A DNA stretch of 63,143 nucleotides, filler included, from Folioceros fuciformis (lineage: Eukaryota): assembly GCA_049999805.1 (NCBI GenBank). It is 11 parts of 11 records of this genome, joined end to end, with 100 filler letters (N's around TTAATTAATTAA, not from the genome) between each part and the next. Parts side by side here need not be neighbours in the genome. Positions count along the whole stretch, not along the records: positions 1 to 5,722 come from JBNGIO010006487.1; positions 5,823 to 11,174 come from JBNGIO010006488.1; 9 more parts are not named here. One strand, written 5' to 3'. This document shows, piece by piece, positions 1 through 11,274 of the stretch. The notes beneath the pieces are model-generated. The model saw only the letters and a list, made by a program, of their open reading frames with translations, did not search any database and was not told the origin of the DNA. The stretch's first letter is position 1; the number at the start of each line of letters is the position of its first letter. Made by a program: the position numbers and the translations under genes.

Positions 1-47
1 TGCCTTGTGCTCGCTGTTAATCAATTTATCGATCTATAAAAACATGA

Positions 48-64
48 TGGTATCAGAGCAGGTT
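48..64 (+). promoter_or_regulatory. Primer binding site, tRNA-iMet
   Basis: TGGTATCAGAGC lies 3 nt after the LTR-terminal CA. Confidence 0.9.
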
Positions 65-412
65 AGGCGTTGATGCAATCCTTGCGCCTTCTACCAAGGC
101 GCAAATGTCCTGCACACGAGTTAGCAATTCTGGAAACCTGCTGCCATGGGTTATTTGAATCTGCAGCAGTGTGTGGAGTGGATGTTGTTCTTGCGCCCTT
201 TCTTGAACCCAGAACTTGCTTCTCTGATTGAGCGAGCAATTGAATCAGTCCTGGCTAGAGAGGAGGTTATGGCCCTGTATCCCAAGCGCTGGTGCTTCCC
301 TGTTTAAAAGCATGCAAGACTCATGCTCAACAATAAGATTGCAAGGCGCGTTTAGCGCTGATCCTGGACCTGCACAGCGAGCAAACAGTTGAGAACTGGT
401 GGGGAATGAGGA

Positions 413-961
413 ATGGCACACCGTTGTAGGAGGAACAGAGGAGCGGAGTCACGAACTTACCAACCTGTCCCCTCGTATGAGGCTACAAATATATCCCCCG
501 GAAGACAAGTCTTACCTGACTGGAGGGATTTCCTGAATAGCATTCCTGACCTTGCAACTGCAAATCCCAGTGGACATTCTCGTCGTGGGTTCCTTCCGAA
601 TCGAAATCAGTCTTGCATGAGAGATCCAGTTACTTCACATCGTTTTCCACGGCCTGTTAGAGAGTCGAATGAGTCCCTCGCAGTTGCTGTTCATCACTTA
701 ACCCAAAGACTTGATAATATCAACAGCACAGCCCTTTGACGCACCCAGCATATCTACACCACCTTGGATATTTTGACAGATAATATTGCCAGGTTAGAGG
801 AGCATCTGAAAGAGATTGACTTTAAAATTTTCACAATCATGAAGCCAAATTGGCAAGAAAATGAGAGAGCTGTCCATACTAGTCAGTCCAAGCAGTGTCC
901 TCCAATCTGTGAAGTGTGTCGGTCAAAGCAAGCTGATTCAGCTCATGCTGGGAGCTGCTGA
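413..961 (+). other. Extra leader ORF (ORF0) of the copia element, interrupted by one TGA
   Basis: ORFs 413-739 and 764-961 are in the same frame as gag-pol. Basic N-terminus, heptad-like middle, CPPICEVC motif. Confidence 0.5.
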
Positions 962-964
962 TTT

Positions 965-3900
965 TTGAGTGATCAGGAGAGTTCTTACACAACACCTGAA
1001 TGGTTGAGGAAACTGGCGCTAGAGGGAGAGCTCTATGACTTCAGTGAGGATGATGAGGTCTTGAACACTCAGGTTGATACTGCTTCTGATCGTGCCTCAG
1101 TAAACACACATTATTCACACGAAGATTATAAGTGGTACAGGAATTTAAATATGGATGATGATGACAGAGCAAGAGAGGAGATGCTCACTGCCCTGCAGGC
1201 ACTAACCAGCGGTGGTTTCAAAGAGAAGGACCGTCTGGTCACAGGCAGTGAATACGATATCTGGGTCATGCGAATGCAAGGAGCTCTTGAGGAAAAGAAC
1301 CTGTGGGGAGTGGTGATCGGAGAGACCCCAAAGCCTGAAGCCACTTCAGCAGATTATGCAGTATGGAGACTAGCAGACATCAAAGCCAGGAATCTCATCA
1401 GGTCAGGTCTGGCTCCTGAAATGCTGAGGCAGGCCTCTGATGGTCCAGGGGACTCAGCAAAGGACATGTGGGATCATCTGGCAATGATGTTTGCCTCTCA
1501 TGACATGGCTGCGTCCATGTCAGCTTCCGCACGGTATCATGGCCTGCGCATGACAGAAGGAGAGTCAGTTGAGCACTATATTGCAAGATTTCGCATTGCA
1601 CGTGCTAAGCTAAGCTCCACAGGCGTAAAGGTGACTGATTACGATGCAGCATGTAGGCTGTTAAGCTCGTTACCTCCAAGTTTCGGGCCGTTTGTTACTG
1701 GCCAGCAGGCTATGGCAAAGGTCGAAGCAAGAATCTCAAAGGCCTTAAAAATAGATTCAGATCCCATGACATTTAACGGTGTCGTTGGCGCTATGTTGCA
1801 GGAGGAAGCCACGAGGCTGTCCTCCAGATCTGGAAGACAGCTGATACAGGGTCAGCAAGCCCTGTTTGCTAGTAGGGGAAGACCCTTCAAAAGAGGCAGA
1901 GGAGGTTCATGGAATTCCAATCGTGGAGGCAGGTCAAGTGGACCTGGACAGAGTTCAAGCAATCCGAAACGTGCAGGCAATTGCAACTGGTGCGGAATAC
2001 CTGGGCATTGGGCACGCGATTGCCGAAAGAAGAAGGCTGCAGAGCCTCGGAAGGAGGGTGCTACTGGAGTGCCTGAGGCACATGCTGTAAACGCTCCAAA
2101 GAAAAAACCTGCACAAGTTATTTTGACTGTGTGCCTTACCACCTCTGGGTCACGAACCCCAGATTGGTTTATCGATTCAGGCGCCTCCGCACACATATGT
2201 CACAGTAAGTCGTACTTCAGCGATTATGTAACATATGATGCAGATCAGTCGGTGATGTTGGGAGACGAGAGTACATTACCTATTGTTGGAACTGGTAAGG
2301 TTATATTGCAGTTGCATCATGGTCGGTGCCTGGAGCTGGATGGTGTTCTGCATGTTCCTGCAGTCACCAAAAATCTGCTGTCAGTACGAAAGCTCACGGC
2401 TGATCAGCCTATGCATGTTCTGTTCACGGGAGATAAGTGCATGATAGTTGAAAGCAAGGATCCACGTGTGGCAGTTGCAGAAGGGTATCCTGTAAACGAT
2501 ATCTATCAGTTGAGTTTGGTGGGAAGCAGGTTACCTGAACTGCACGTTGCTGGCCTTGCTGGTCACTTGTCTCCGGAGGAAGTGGCGACTGTCTGGCATT
2601 TGCGTTGTGGGCATCCACATGGGAACAAGCTTCAGGCCATGACAAACAGTACGCTTTACTCAGATGGGATTCCAGGACAAGTGGGGGATTTGCCCCTGTG
2701 CGAAGCTTGTATTTATGGCAAGCATCATGAGCTACCTTTTGACAAGTCTGGAGCACATCGGGCTGCTGTTCCCTTGGAGCTTGTGCACTCGGATATTTGC
2801 GGTCCCATCTCTGTACCTTCTTTTGGTGGAGGCTCGTTCTTTTTGACCTTTATCGATGACTGCACTCGCTATTGCATGCTGTATATTCTCAAGCATAAAA
2901 GTGACACCCTGCAGCATTTCAAGGAGTATTTGCAGTTAGTGGAACGCCATCATGGTCGCAGTCTGAGATGCCTAAGATCTGACAATGGTGGAGAATATAC
3001 CTCAGGGGAGTTCACAGCTTATTGTAGGAATCTTGGCATCCAACGACAGCTGACTGTACCGTACACTGCTCAACTCAATGGAGTAGCTGAGAAGAAGAAC
3101 CAGCTCCTTCAGGAGACAGCACGAGCCTTGCTCAAGCAAGCACGTCTGCCTCGGCATTACTGGGGTGAGGCAATCAACACTGCCAATTATTTATTGAACA
3201 GATTGCCCACTAGAGTGTTACCTGGTACTACACCGTTCGAGGCATGGTGGGGTCGTAAGCCATCTGTGCAGCACTTGAGGATATTTGGTTCACCTGCGTA
3301 TGCCTTTGTTCCAAAACCAAAGCGCAAGACCAAGCTGCATGACAGGGCCCAGAAATTAGTCTTCATTGGCTACACTGACGGGATCAAAGCGTACAAACTG
3401 TACGACCCTGTGTCCCGGGTTGTCAGCCATGCTAGGAGTGTGATCTTTGACGAGAAGAGTATACTGAAGCCATCAAGCTCAGACTTACCCATTGCTAGTA
3501 CGAGTCCTGGTGGTGTGGTGGCAGATCAGCTTGACAATGAGGAAGAAGATGTCGTTGAGTGGTCCTCTGCAGGAGAGTTTGCTGAACCTGGAGAGGCGGA
3601 AGTATCTTACTTTGAACAAAATGCTGAAACTCTCGCACCTGAATTTGGAGATGATGAAATGGACAGCACTCCTGTGGACGACCCTGGACTGAATCAGCAA
3701 GCTGAAGCTGATAGTCAAGCTGAATTTTTTATGCATGCTGATGCAGAACGTGAAATACCCATCGCTGAGGAGGTTCCTGCAGTAGAAACACGAGGTCGTT
3801 ATAATCTCAGAGAGAGGAATAAACCGTGGAAAGAGCCTCCATTGGAGATGGAGGATTGGCGGGTGAAGAAGGTCAAAACGAAAAAGACCAGATCTGAGGG

Positions 3901-5629
3901 TGAACCTGCGACCTCTGAACAACCTGCCTCGACTGGCCAGCCTGCAGGAGATCTGCCAAGTAGCAGTGCTGAAATTGAGGGATACTCTCAGCTCTCAAAT
4001 GCGTACATCCAAGCCATGCTGGCAGCCACCACGGATGGTTCTGAACCTGTCTCATTGACACAAGCATACTCAGGACCTGAGGCTAAGCAATGGAAGAGAG
4101 CTGTAGATGATGAATATGCATCAATTATCCAGAATGGTACCTGGCTGTTGGTGGAGCTGCCAAAGGGACGCAAGCCCATCTCATGCAAGTGGGTCTTTAA
4201 AAGAAAAATGAATGCAGATGGCAGTATTAAGAGGTACAAAGCACGCTTGGTTGCTCGAGGGTTTTCACAGATCCCAGGAGTGGACTTCAATGATACTTTT
4301 GCTCCAGTTGTCAAGTTCACAACTTTGAGAATGGTGCTAGCACTTACGGCACACCTTGACCTCGACTTGGAACAGATGGATGTAAAGACTGCTTTCCTGC
4401 ATGGGAAACTGGAGGAAGACTTGTACATGGAGCAGCCAGAGGGCTACATCAAGCCTGGAACAGAACACTTGGTGTGTAAGTTGGTGAAAACCCTGTATGG
4501 GTTAAAACAGAGTCCACGAGCTTGGAATCAACGCATAAATTCTTACCTGAAGCAGTTGGGGTTCAGGCAGGGTACAGCAGACCCTGGTCTGTATTTGATG
4601 ACTGAGGGAGATGCAGTCTTGATTTTATTGCTGTACGTGGATGACTTGGTCCTGGCAGCGACCAAGGGCAGGCATAGTTTGCTGCCGAAGGTGAAAGCAC
4701 TCCTGAGAAAGGAGTTTGAAATGACGGAACTGGGTAAACTAACGTGGTGCCTGGGAGTTGAGATTGCCAGAGACAGAAAAGTCAGAAGGCTGACCATTTG
4801 CCAGCATAAGTATGTGAGAGACAGCTTAAAGAAGTTCAATATGGAAAATGCAAATGGGTCAGCAACTCCCCTGGCTACTGGCGTTAAGCTTGCACGAAGC
4901 CAGAATCCGCTTACACCAGAAGAGGCAGAGGATATGGCCAGAACGCCGTACAGGCATGCAGTAGGAACTTTAATTTATCTTGCAAATGTGTCAAGACCAG
5001 ATATTGCCTTTTCTGTTAGCCTTGAGTCACAGTTCCTGGAGAACCCAACACCAGAACATTGGAGTCAGGTAAAAAGGACGTTTAGATACCTTAAGCAAAC
5101 TCCAACACACGGCATAGTCTATGAAGGAATGAAAGAGAAGTTGCTCACCTTGGAGGGATTTACAGATTCAGACTGGGCTTCAGACTTAGACAATAGAAAA
5201 TCCCTGTCAGCATATGTCTATTTGTTAGCAGGTGGCCCCATATCCTGGATGAGCAAGAAGCAAAACACAATCTCCACTTCAAGCACTGAAGCTGAATACA
5301 AGGCACTTACGGTAGCAGCAAAAGAGGCCATCTGGTGCAGGAGAAACTTATCTGATGTGGGTATGGTGCAGGTTGGAGCAACTGTGGTTCACTGTGACAA
5401 CCAGGGAGCGATTGCACTCTCACAAAATCCAGTGCTTCATTCAAAGACTAAACACATAGAAATCCACCACCATTTCATAAGAGAAGTGGTGGCAGATGGT
5501 CAAATGAGAATTCAGTACATTCCTACAGCAGATAATCCTGCTGATCTACTGACGAAGGCCCTGCCGAAGGAACTGCACAACAAACATGCAAGTAGACTAG
5601 GTCTTCAGCCCTGCAAAAATGATCAGTAA
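965..5629 (+). CDS. Copia Gag-Pol polyprotein (first ATG at 1151)
   Basis: Zn knuckle CNWCGIPGHWARDC, protease WFIDSGAS, WHLRCGH, integrase VHSDICGP/RSDNGGEY, RT YKARLVARG/QMDVKTAFLHG/LYVDDL, RNase H FTDSDWA/TEAEY/NPADLLTK, in copia order PR-IN-RT-RH. Confidence 0.97.
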   Translation: MSDQESSYTTPEWLRKLALEGELYDFSEDDEVLNTQVDTASDRASVNTHYSHEDYKWYRNLNMDDDDRAREEMLTALQALTSGGFKEKDRLVTGSEYDIWVMRMQGALEEKNLWGVVIGETPKPEATSADYAVWRLADIKARNLIRSGLAPEMLRQASDGPGDSAKDMWDHLAMMFASHDMAASMSASARYHGLRMTEGESVEHYIARFRIARAKLSSTGVKVTDYDAACRLLSSLPPSFGPFVTGQQAMAKVEARISKALKIDSDPMTFNGVVGAMLQEEATRLSSRSGRQLIQGQQALFASRGRPFKRGRGGSWNSNRGGRSSGPGQSSSNPKRAGNCNWCGIPGHWARDCRKKKAAEPRKEGATGVPEAHAVNAPKKKPAQVILTVCLTTSGSRTPDWFIDSGASAHICHSKSYFSDYVTYDADQSVMLGDESTLPIVGTGKVILQLHHGRCLELDGVLHVPAVTKNLLSVRKLTADQPMHVLFTGDKCMIVESKDPRVAVAEGYPVNDIYQLSLVGSRLPELHVAGLAGHLSPEEVATVWHLRCGHPHGNKLQAMTNSTLYSDGIPGQVGDLPLCEACIYGKHHELPFDKSGAHRAAVPLELVHSDICGPISVPSFGGGSFFLTFIDDCTRYCMLYILKHKSDTLQHFKEYLQLVERHHGRSLRCLRSDNGGEYTSGEFTAYCRNLGIQRQLTVPYTAQLNGVAEKKNQLLQETARALLKQARLPRHYWGEAINTANYLLNRLPTRVLPGTTPFEAWWGRKPSVQHLRIFGSPAYAFVPKPKRKTKLHDRAQKLVFIGYTDGIKAYKLYDPVSRVVSHARSVIFDEKSILKPSSSDLPIASTSPGGVVADQLDNEEEDVVEWSSAGEFAEPGEAEVSYFEQNAETLAPEFGDDEMDSTPVDDPGLNQQAEADSQAEFFMHADAEREIPIAEEVPAVETRGRYNLRERNKPWKEPPLEMEDWRVKKVKTKKTRSEGEPATSEQPASTGQPAGDLPSSSAEIEGYSQLSNAYIQAMLAATTDGSEPVSLTQAYSGPEAKQWKRAVDDEYASIIQNGTWLLVELPKGRKPISCKWVFKRKMNADGSIKRYKARLVARGFSQIPGVDFNDTFAPVVKFTTLRMVLALTAHLDLDLEQMDVKTAFLHGKLEEDLYMEQPEGYIKPGTEHLVCKLVKTLYGLKQSPRAWNQRINSYLKQLGFRQGTADPGLYLMTEGDAVLILLLYVDDLVLAATKGRHSLLPKVKALLRKEFEMTELGKLTWCLGVEIARDRKVRRLTICQHKYVRDSLKKFNMENANGSATPLATGVKLARSQNPLTPEEAEDMARTPYRHAVGTLIYLANVSRPDIAFSVSLESQFLENPTPEHWSQVKRTFRYLKQTPTHGIVYEGMKEKLLTLEGFTDSDWASDLDNRKSLSAYVYLLAGGPISWMSKKQNTISTSSTEAEYKALTVAAKEAIWCRRNLSDVGMVQVGATVVHCDNQGAIALSQNPVLHSKTKHIEIHHHFIREVVADGQMRIQYIPTADNPADLLTKALPKELHNKHASRLGLQPCKNDQ

Positions 5630-5722
5630 GGCAGCAGCCGCCATCGAAACCTAATTACGAAGAGCTCAAGTGGGGGTGTTGGATAGAATAGTTTCGCACC
5701 TCGTAGATTAGGTTTAAAGTGT

Positions 5723-5822
5723 NNNNNNNNNNNNNNNNNNNNNNNNNNNNNNNNNNNNNNNNNNNNTTAATTAATTAANNNNNNNNNNNNNNNNNNNNNN
5801 NNNNNNNNNNNNNNNNNNNNNN
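5723..5822. other. Artificial contig linker (first of ten; others at 11175, 15532, 21167, 26173, 29870, 43430, 47794, 56951, 60286)
   Basis: Identical 100-bp blocks of N with a central TTAATTAATTAA (stops in all six frames). Confidence 0.97.
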
Positions 5823-6935
5823 GTTGTTCCATCCCAAATCCAGCCATTCAAGGTTGCTGCAGTCGCCGATCTCGCCGGGAATCGACCCTTCCAATCCATC
5901 GAAACGACCTTTGTAGCCGTACCACTGTATGGCTAGCAGATTCTTTAACTGGCCAATGCTTGGTGGAATGTGACCCCTGAGTTGAGCGTTTCCTCCCAAG
6001 CCAAGAAGTTGCAAGCTAGAACAATTCCCTATAGATGCAGGGAGAGATCCGTTCAGGTTATTGAAGAAAAGTCCCAGTTGCTCCAGCTTTCTGAGATTGC
6101 CAAGCTCGGCAGGAATGGCCCCTTCAAGAGAATTATGACTTAACCACAGCGCAACAAGTTTTGTACAGTTTCCAAGCTCCCCTGGAATGGTCCCCGTCAG
6201 GCTGTTTTGCTGCAAAATCAAGTACTGCAGACGTTTGAGATTACCGAGAGCTTGTGGCAGACCGTCTTTAGCGCATGGGATGGGGCCTGTCAACTGGTTT
6301 CCGCCGAGATGCAAGATCTCCAGCTCGCTGCACTGCCCCAACGACCTTGGAATGGAACCGCTGAACATGTTGTTCGACAAATCAAGAACGACTAAGTTCT
6401 CTAGGGCTCCAAGTGCGGGAGGGATGGAACCGCTGAAAGTGTTGGTGGACAAATTAAGAGTGACCAAGTTCTGTAGGCCTCCAATCGCAGGATGGATGGA
6501 ACCGCTGAGCTGTAGCGCAGACAAATTCAAAGAAGCCACTGACCAAATACTGTTCGTGAAATGGCACTTGACACCGAGCCAATAGCAAGCAGCCCCAGTG
6601 TTATTCTCACTCCAGTCCACAAGGACATGGTTAGGATCGCTCGTGATGCCTCGCTTGAAATGCAGAAGAATGGACACCTCGGTTGCGTTCAAATTCATGG
6701 ACTGGTTGCCAGAGACATCTTGCAGCCGCCTTTCCCAGGTGGCACGGTGAGCAGTGCAACAGGACGTATGAACGTTGGCAAGTCTATTTGTGTGCTTGTG
6801 CGTGCCATTCCAACTATTCAGCTTGAACTGAGGTGACGACGCGAACGACGAAGCATAGCCTTCGGATCCTGCAGCGCGGACACCGAGATGCAGACACAAG
6901 AGCCCCACAACGAGAAGCACAGGCAGCAGCTCCAT
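5823..6935 (-). CDS. LRR receptor-like protein/kinase, 5' part (3' end lost in gap)
   Basis: Signal peptide MELLPVLLVVGLLCLHLGVRA, LRR N-cap (LVDWS...ACYWLGVKC), and about 9 plant-type LRRs LxxLxLSxNxFSGxIPxxLG. Confidence 0.92.
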
Positions 6936-7721
6936 GACCGGGAATCCTACAACGACAGTGGGTGTGGCCACTCAGCAAGGGTCCTCGGGGTGTCGGGGTT
7001 CTACGCGTCCCACAAAGAACAAGCCCTACAATGACGCAAAGAGCAACAGAGGCAACATTTCACGTGGCTGAAATCCAATCCATGCAGCCGATAGTTCATA
7101 CGGATATGACTTGATGGTCAAGCATAGGAACGATCCACGAATTCCCAGATGTGCATGTGTGTTCGGGCGGAAATTACTAGTCAATGAAGGTCTACACGTT
7201 TGTCCATCCTGACAGCTACGCAATGTTATAAAACGAGCCAACACTTCTATACAATACGCCATGCATGCAAAGCCAAGTTGTATATCAAACTTTTAGCCTT
7301 CTCTAACCATTATGTGGTGAGGGAGGTTCTACATAAATTTTGGCCTTGAATGCTATTGGTTTGGTTTGGTGGGGTAGGTTACATACACCTATTCTTTGTA
7401 TGGCTTTTAGACTAGCTCATTTTTTTTTTAAAATTATTTGTATTTAGTTTAATTTTATTTAAGCCTTATTTTAAATCTAGTATATAATAATTTAATATAT
7501 TATAGTACATCATTTTCAACACGACTTGTATATCATGAATTATACAATCCATAATGGAGTATGATACTATGGTCTAGCCATATAACCATCAAAACGTAGT
7601 TTGTTTTAATATATGTATATTTTTAATAGGTCTAGACTACTCAAACCCAAGAGTAAGAGTTGGCTTACACCATGACATACAAATGTTTAGATGCATGCAA
7701 CTTGATCTTGTTTGCGCCACT

Positions 7722-7927
7722 TTATCACACTCTAATACTTGCCCAAGCCCACCCAATAATGCACAGTTATCACTCTCTTGCCCAAGCTACCCCCATAGTG
7801 CAAAGGTATCACACTCTCACCCAAGCTACCCCCATAGTGCAAAGATATCACACTCTTACTCAAACTACCCCGGTTCCCTCATGCCATGATCTCACACTTT
7901 TGCCCAAGCTACCCCATAGTGCAAAGA
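7722..7927. repeat. ~39-bp minisatellite, 4-5 degenerate copies
   Basis: Unit TATCACACTCT..CCCAAGCTACCCCCATAGTGCAAAG. Confidence 0.8.
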
Positions 7928-8069
7928 CATTTTTGTGACTGCACTTTCACCTCCTTTCCATCTATTCCATGATTTCATGCTTGCTGCAAAATGTTATCCT
8001 TCTTTAAGTCTTCCACACTAAGCTTGTAGTTTTGAAAAGGCATTGGTATTATTGTACTCCTTAATGTGT

Positions 8070-9075
8070 AATTATTCCATGGAAGACCTAGGCCTCCACA
8101 AGATTTGATGCTCTTATAAATTTCCCTCATGAAGTCATCTACAAGCTTTGATGTCATTCCACATCTGCCTAGACTGCTCAGGCTTTTATATCCTTCTAAA
8201 TGTGCATGGACTCTTTTAGATATAGGTAGTCAATGGAAGACCTCCACAAGCTTTAATGTACTAGGAACAAATGAGATAACAACAATCATATCTCTGTACA
8301 TGATTCTTATATGTTGATTTAGAATATGCAGATGTGCACTGGTTTAGAAAGGTCGCCCATCTACATTAAAGAAGTACAACTACACTTCTTTACAAGGAGC
8401 TAAGCATGGAAGATTCTACTGTGACTTATGTAGTGGCTTGAAATATCCCATGTTCCAAGAATGAAAACATGTAATAGGCTGCCATAAAGATTATCATGAA
8501 CCTAAGTCCTCTTCCAGTACTGGTCAAGTCATGGGCCCAAGGTGCTCAATTTTAAAGTTCTGAAAAACACTCAACTCATAATGGATAAATTTGTGAGGAG
8601 ATGAAGTTCCATAAGGCCTAGCCTAGACCTTGTGCATAAGTGAGGTACCTTTTTCAATGAGAAATTCAAAACAAAGTCTACTTGGACTTCCATTGAATTA
8701 TTGGTCATATAGTTTAAGAAATGTGTAGTGACATAAGAACATAATGTTATGCTCGGCATAGACTCATGTCACTAGCCTGTGTCCTATCTTGGAAAGTTGC
8801 CTAGATGAACAAACTGTAAGTGGTTTTTATCTTGCATTTCGAGATATCTTGTGAGGTAGTTGGTATCTTGGAATGTTGAGGATATTTTGTGAGGAAGGTG
8901 ATAAAGTGTCGAGGAGAAAGAAAAGGGCCCAAAAGTCCCCAAAATAAGGTACATAAACTCATATGACTAATCTTGGAAAGGTGTTAGTAGGAAGAAGTAC
9001 AACCAAAAACCCTCTTCTATTACCAATAGCTTGAACAATGTTTTCCACGAAGTCGTCCACCACAGTAAGGAATCT
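8070..9075 (-). pseudogene. Highly degraded NB-ARC (NLR) remnant
   Basis: On the minus strand and in canonical order: kinase-2-like RFLTVVDDF (~9048-9075), RNBS-B-like HSKIPTTSQD (~8845-8877), GLPL motif IKACGGLPL (~8231-8257) with a second copy IKSCGGLGLP (~8080-8109). Many stops. Confidence 0.45.
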
Positions 9076-9194
9076 ATATCATGATTGAACTCCACCATAA
9101 CCCTAAAACTTGCATAATTGGCAATCAAATTATTCAGGTGGTTCATGTGAAGTGTAATCAAATAAACAAAACAAAGAAATGTATATATGAGATG

Positions 9195-9333
9195 CGTTGA
9201 GGTGGGTAAACCTAAGTCCCAGTGCGGTCAGCTTTGTTAGATTGCCAAGCTCAACAGGAATGACCCCTTCAAGAAAGTTATAACCTAACCACATCCCAGC
9301 AAGTTCAATGCAGTTTCCAAGCTCCCCTCGAAC
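9195..9333 (-). pseudogene. Isolated fragment of about two LRRs
   Basis: GELGNCIELAGMWLGYNFLEGVIPVELGNLTKL, visibly similar at DNA level to 6096-6186. Confidence 0.75.
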
Positions 9334-10913
9334 GCCCTCAACCTTCCACTAGAAAGCTCTCAAGCGAAAAATAGTGAATGTCCTCGAGTGTGAGCCTTCA
9401 TAGTCAACTACTCCTCATCAGATGGGAACATTGTATGCCCAGTTATTCACTGCTCGATGAAGCCTCCTTCCTTACGCAGCGTAAAAGGAAGCAACGGCCT
9501 CCAATCTCGTCTAAACACTCCGCAGCGCTCCACTTACAATTCACTCACTTCCTCTCACACGACTCAGTACTAGGCTCCAAGTAGCCCGCCGTCCACTGAC
9601 GACTCGCAGACCACCTCCTCTAGGTGCTGCTCTATACTCCAGTTACTTACAAAAGAGTCTGGCGATCTACGCCCCACTGGCTACTTCCCTCGACTCTATC
9701 GACAAGCTTGCTCTTCAAGCCCTCCACAGCTATGCCTCAAGGCTAGACTTCTCACTGTCTGCCTCTTTGTGTATCAGTGTATCAATATCCTTAAGACCCT
9801 AACACTGGCCTATTTATACTCCACAGCTAAGCCACTGCTAAAGCTGGGAATGATACACACCACTCATCTTAGAATACTAGTGGTCATTGCAACTCCATCC
9901 TTCTTAGGAGGTTTTGCCTGGAACACACATTTTGTTTCCAAAGGCAGCAAGAAGCATACTTGCTTCTTCATCAAGACAGCTCTAGATTCAACTTTCACCT
10001 TTCTACTTTTAACTTTCATCTTGTTTCACTTATACCACCTTATGCCATTACTTGTATGATTCTTTTACATTGAATATATAGCTGTGCATTGTCAACAAGT
10101 ACCATTACACGTCTTTCGACGCACTTCTTACACCGTGCTTTAACGGCATGCCGTGTGGCATGCCCATGCCCTCAACTCAAGGATGCCGCGCCCTTCGCGT
10201 CCATCGTGGGTTGCCTGTCCGCCTTCTCATGCGGCCCAAGCCCTCCGCACCTGCCACGGGCATGTGCATACTGCTGGCCTGGAAACAGCTGCAAGCTTAT
10301 CACGCAAGTCGCAAAAAGCTCTTGCAACAACAGTAGACCCAGCGAAAGAATCGCGTGCTATCTCGCTGGGGCCACCAGCCATGTCGCAGAGCCTCCCTCC
10401 AGGGCAGCCTCTCGTCCGTCCGTAGCGTAGGGGTAAGTGGACGTGAGCCGCATGACACAGCCCTGCTTCAACTCATCGCTCTTCATTGCTTTGCTTCAAA
10501 GGGAAGAATCCCGAGGATCTTGACTGCCTGCACCTCCCGGCTCGCACCAGATCAGAACAAAGCCGGAGATCCGCCTCCCTTAGGTTTGTTTTCGTCTCTC
10601 TCCCCCCTCGGATATCCTATTAAAACGCACCAGCAATAATTTATATAAGAAAATATTTCAGGCCAGCAAGAAGACGGCTTTTAAGGTCGTGGTTGAAGAC
10701 TTGGAGAAATGCAGCTTGCCACGGGCTTCTCAACAATGCATCGCAGCTGGAAATGCAACGAGGCTACACATTGCATGCATGAAACGCAAGCGAGTCTGTC
10801 GGGGCAGAGATAGGGGCCGGGGCACATAACAGTGTCAAGACGTACATGTGTTCCATGAGGAGGTGGTAGGTAGCGTGTATTGTTTGCAACCCATGTCATT
10901 GCTCACCACATGC

Positions 10914-11174
10914 TCATGAAGGACTTGTATAGGCGCCATACGTCACACCATAATGCTCGGGCTCTCGTCTGTAACGTCCTGTGAAGCATATGAAGCTCCT
11001 TATCCGTTCTGTGCACATCATAAAACTCATGGTCGTCAAGAAGCCCATAATGAAACCAATCCTCAGCGCTACATTTGACATGACCGGATCCGAGTGATGA
11101 GATTCCTCAGAGTCTCCGGAATTGTGGCTATTTCCTTCTGTTCCTGAACCTCCTGATTTGACTGAGCAAGGCGG
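10914..11174 (-). CDS. 3' end of a receptor-like protein (RLP)
   Basis: Manual translation PPC-SVKSGGSGTEGNSHNSGDSEESHHSD-PVMSNVALRIGFIMGFLTTMSFMMC-...YGAYTSPS*: C-cap, polar linker, GxxxG TM helix, short tail with no kinase. Confidence 0.7.
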   Translation of the reverse strand, partial: PPCSVKSGGSGTEGNSHNSGDSEESHHSDPVMSNVALRIGFIMGFLTTMSFMMCTERIRSFICFTGRYRREPEHYGVTYGAYTSPS

Positions 11175-11274
11175 NNNNNNNNNNNNNNNNNNNNNNNNNN
11201 NNNNNNNNNNNNNNNNNNTTAATTAATTAANNNNNNNNNNNNNNNNNNNNNNNNNNNNNNNNNNNNNNNNNNNN

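Larger units (their letters stand above)
1..5722 (+). mobile_element. Ty1/copia LTR retrotransposon with intact gag-pol (both LTRs truncated by window edge/gap)
   Basis: LTR end ...AAAACA at 44; PBS TGGTATCAGAGC(A)GGTT 48-64 (tRNA-iMet); ~1.1-kb leader; gag-pol ORF; PPT AAGTGGGGG 5668-5676 followed by TGTTGG LTR start at 5677. Confidence 0.95.

Noticed and set aside
737-961. U-to-C RNA editing as the way the leader TGA codons are removed
   Set aside because: Such editing is established for organellar transcripts, not for nuclear retrotransposon RNA.
1126-4839. Numerous short antisense or alternate-frame ORFs over gag-pol (also in the other elements)
   Set aside because: Shadow ORFs of the polyprotein with no independent motifs.
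5767-5778. Recurrent palindromic TTAATTAATTAA as a biological motif
   Set aside because: Always centred in identical 100-bp N blocks, so it is an assembly linker.
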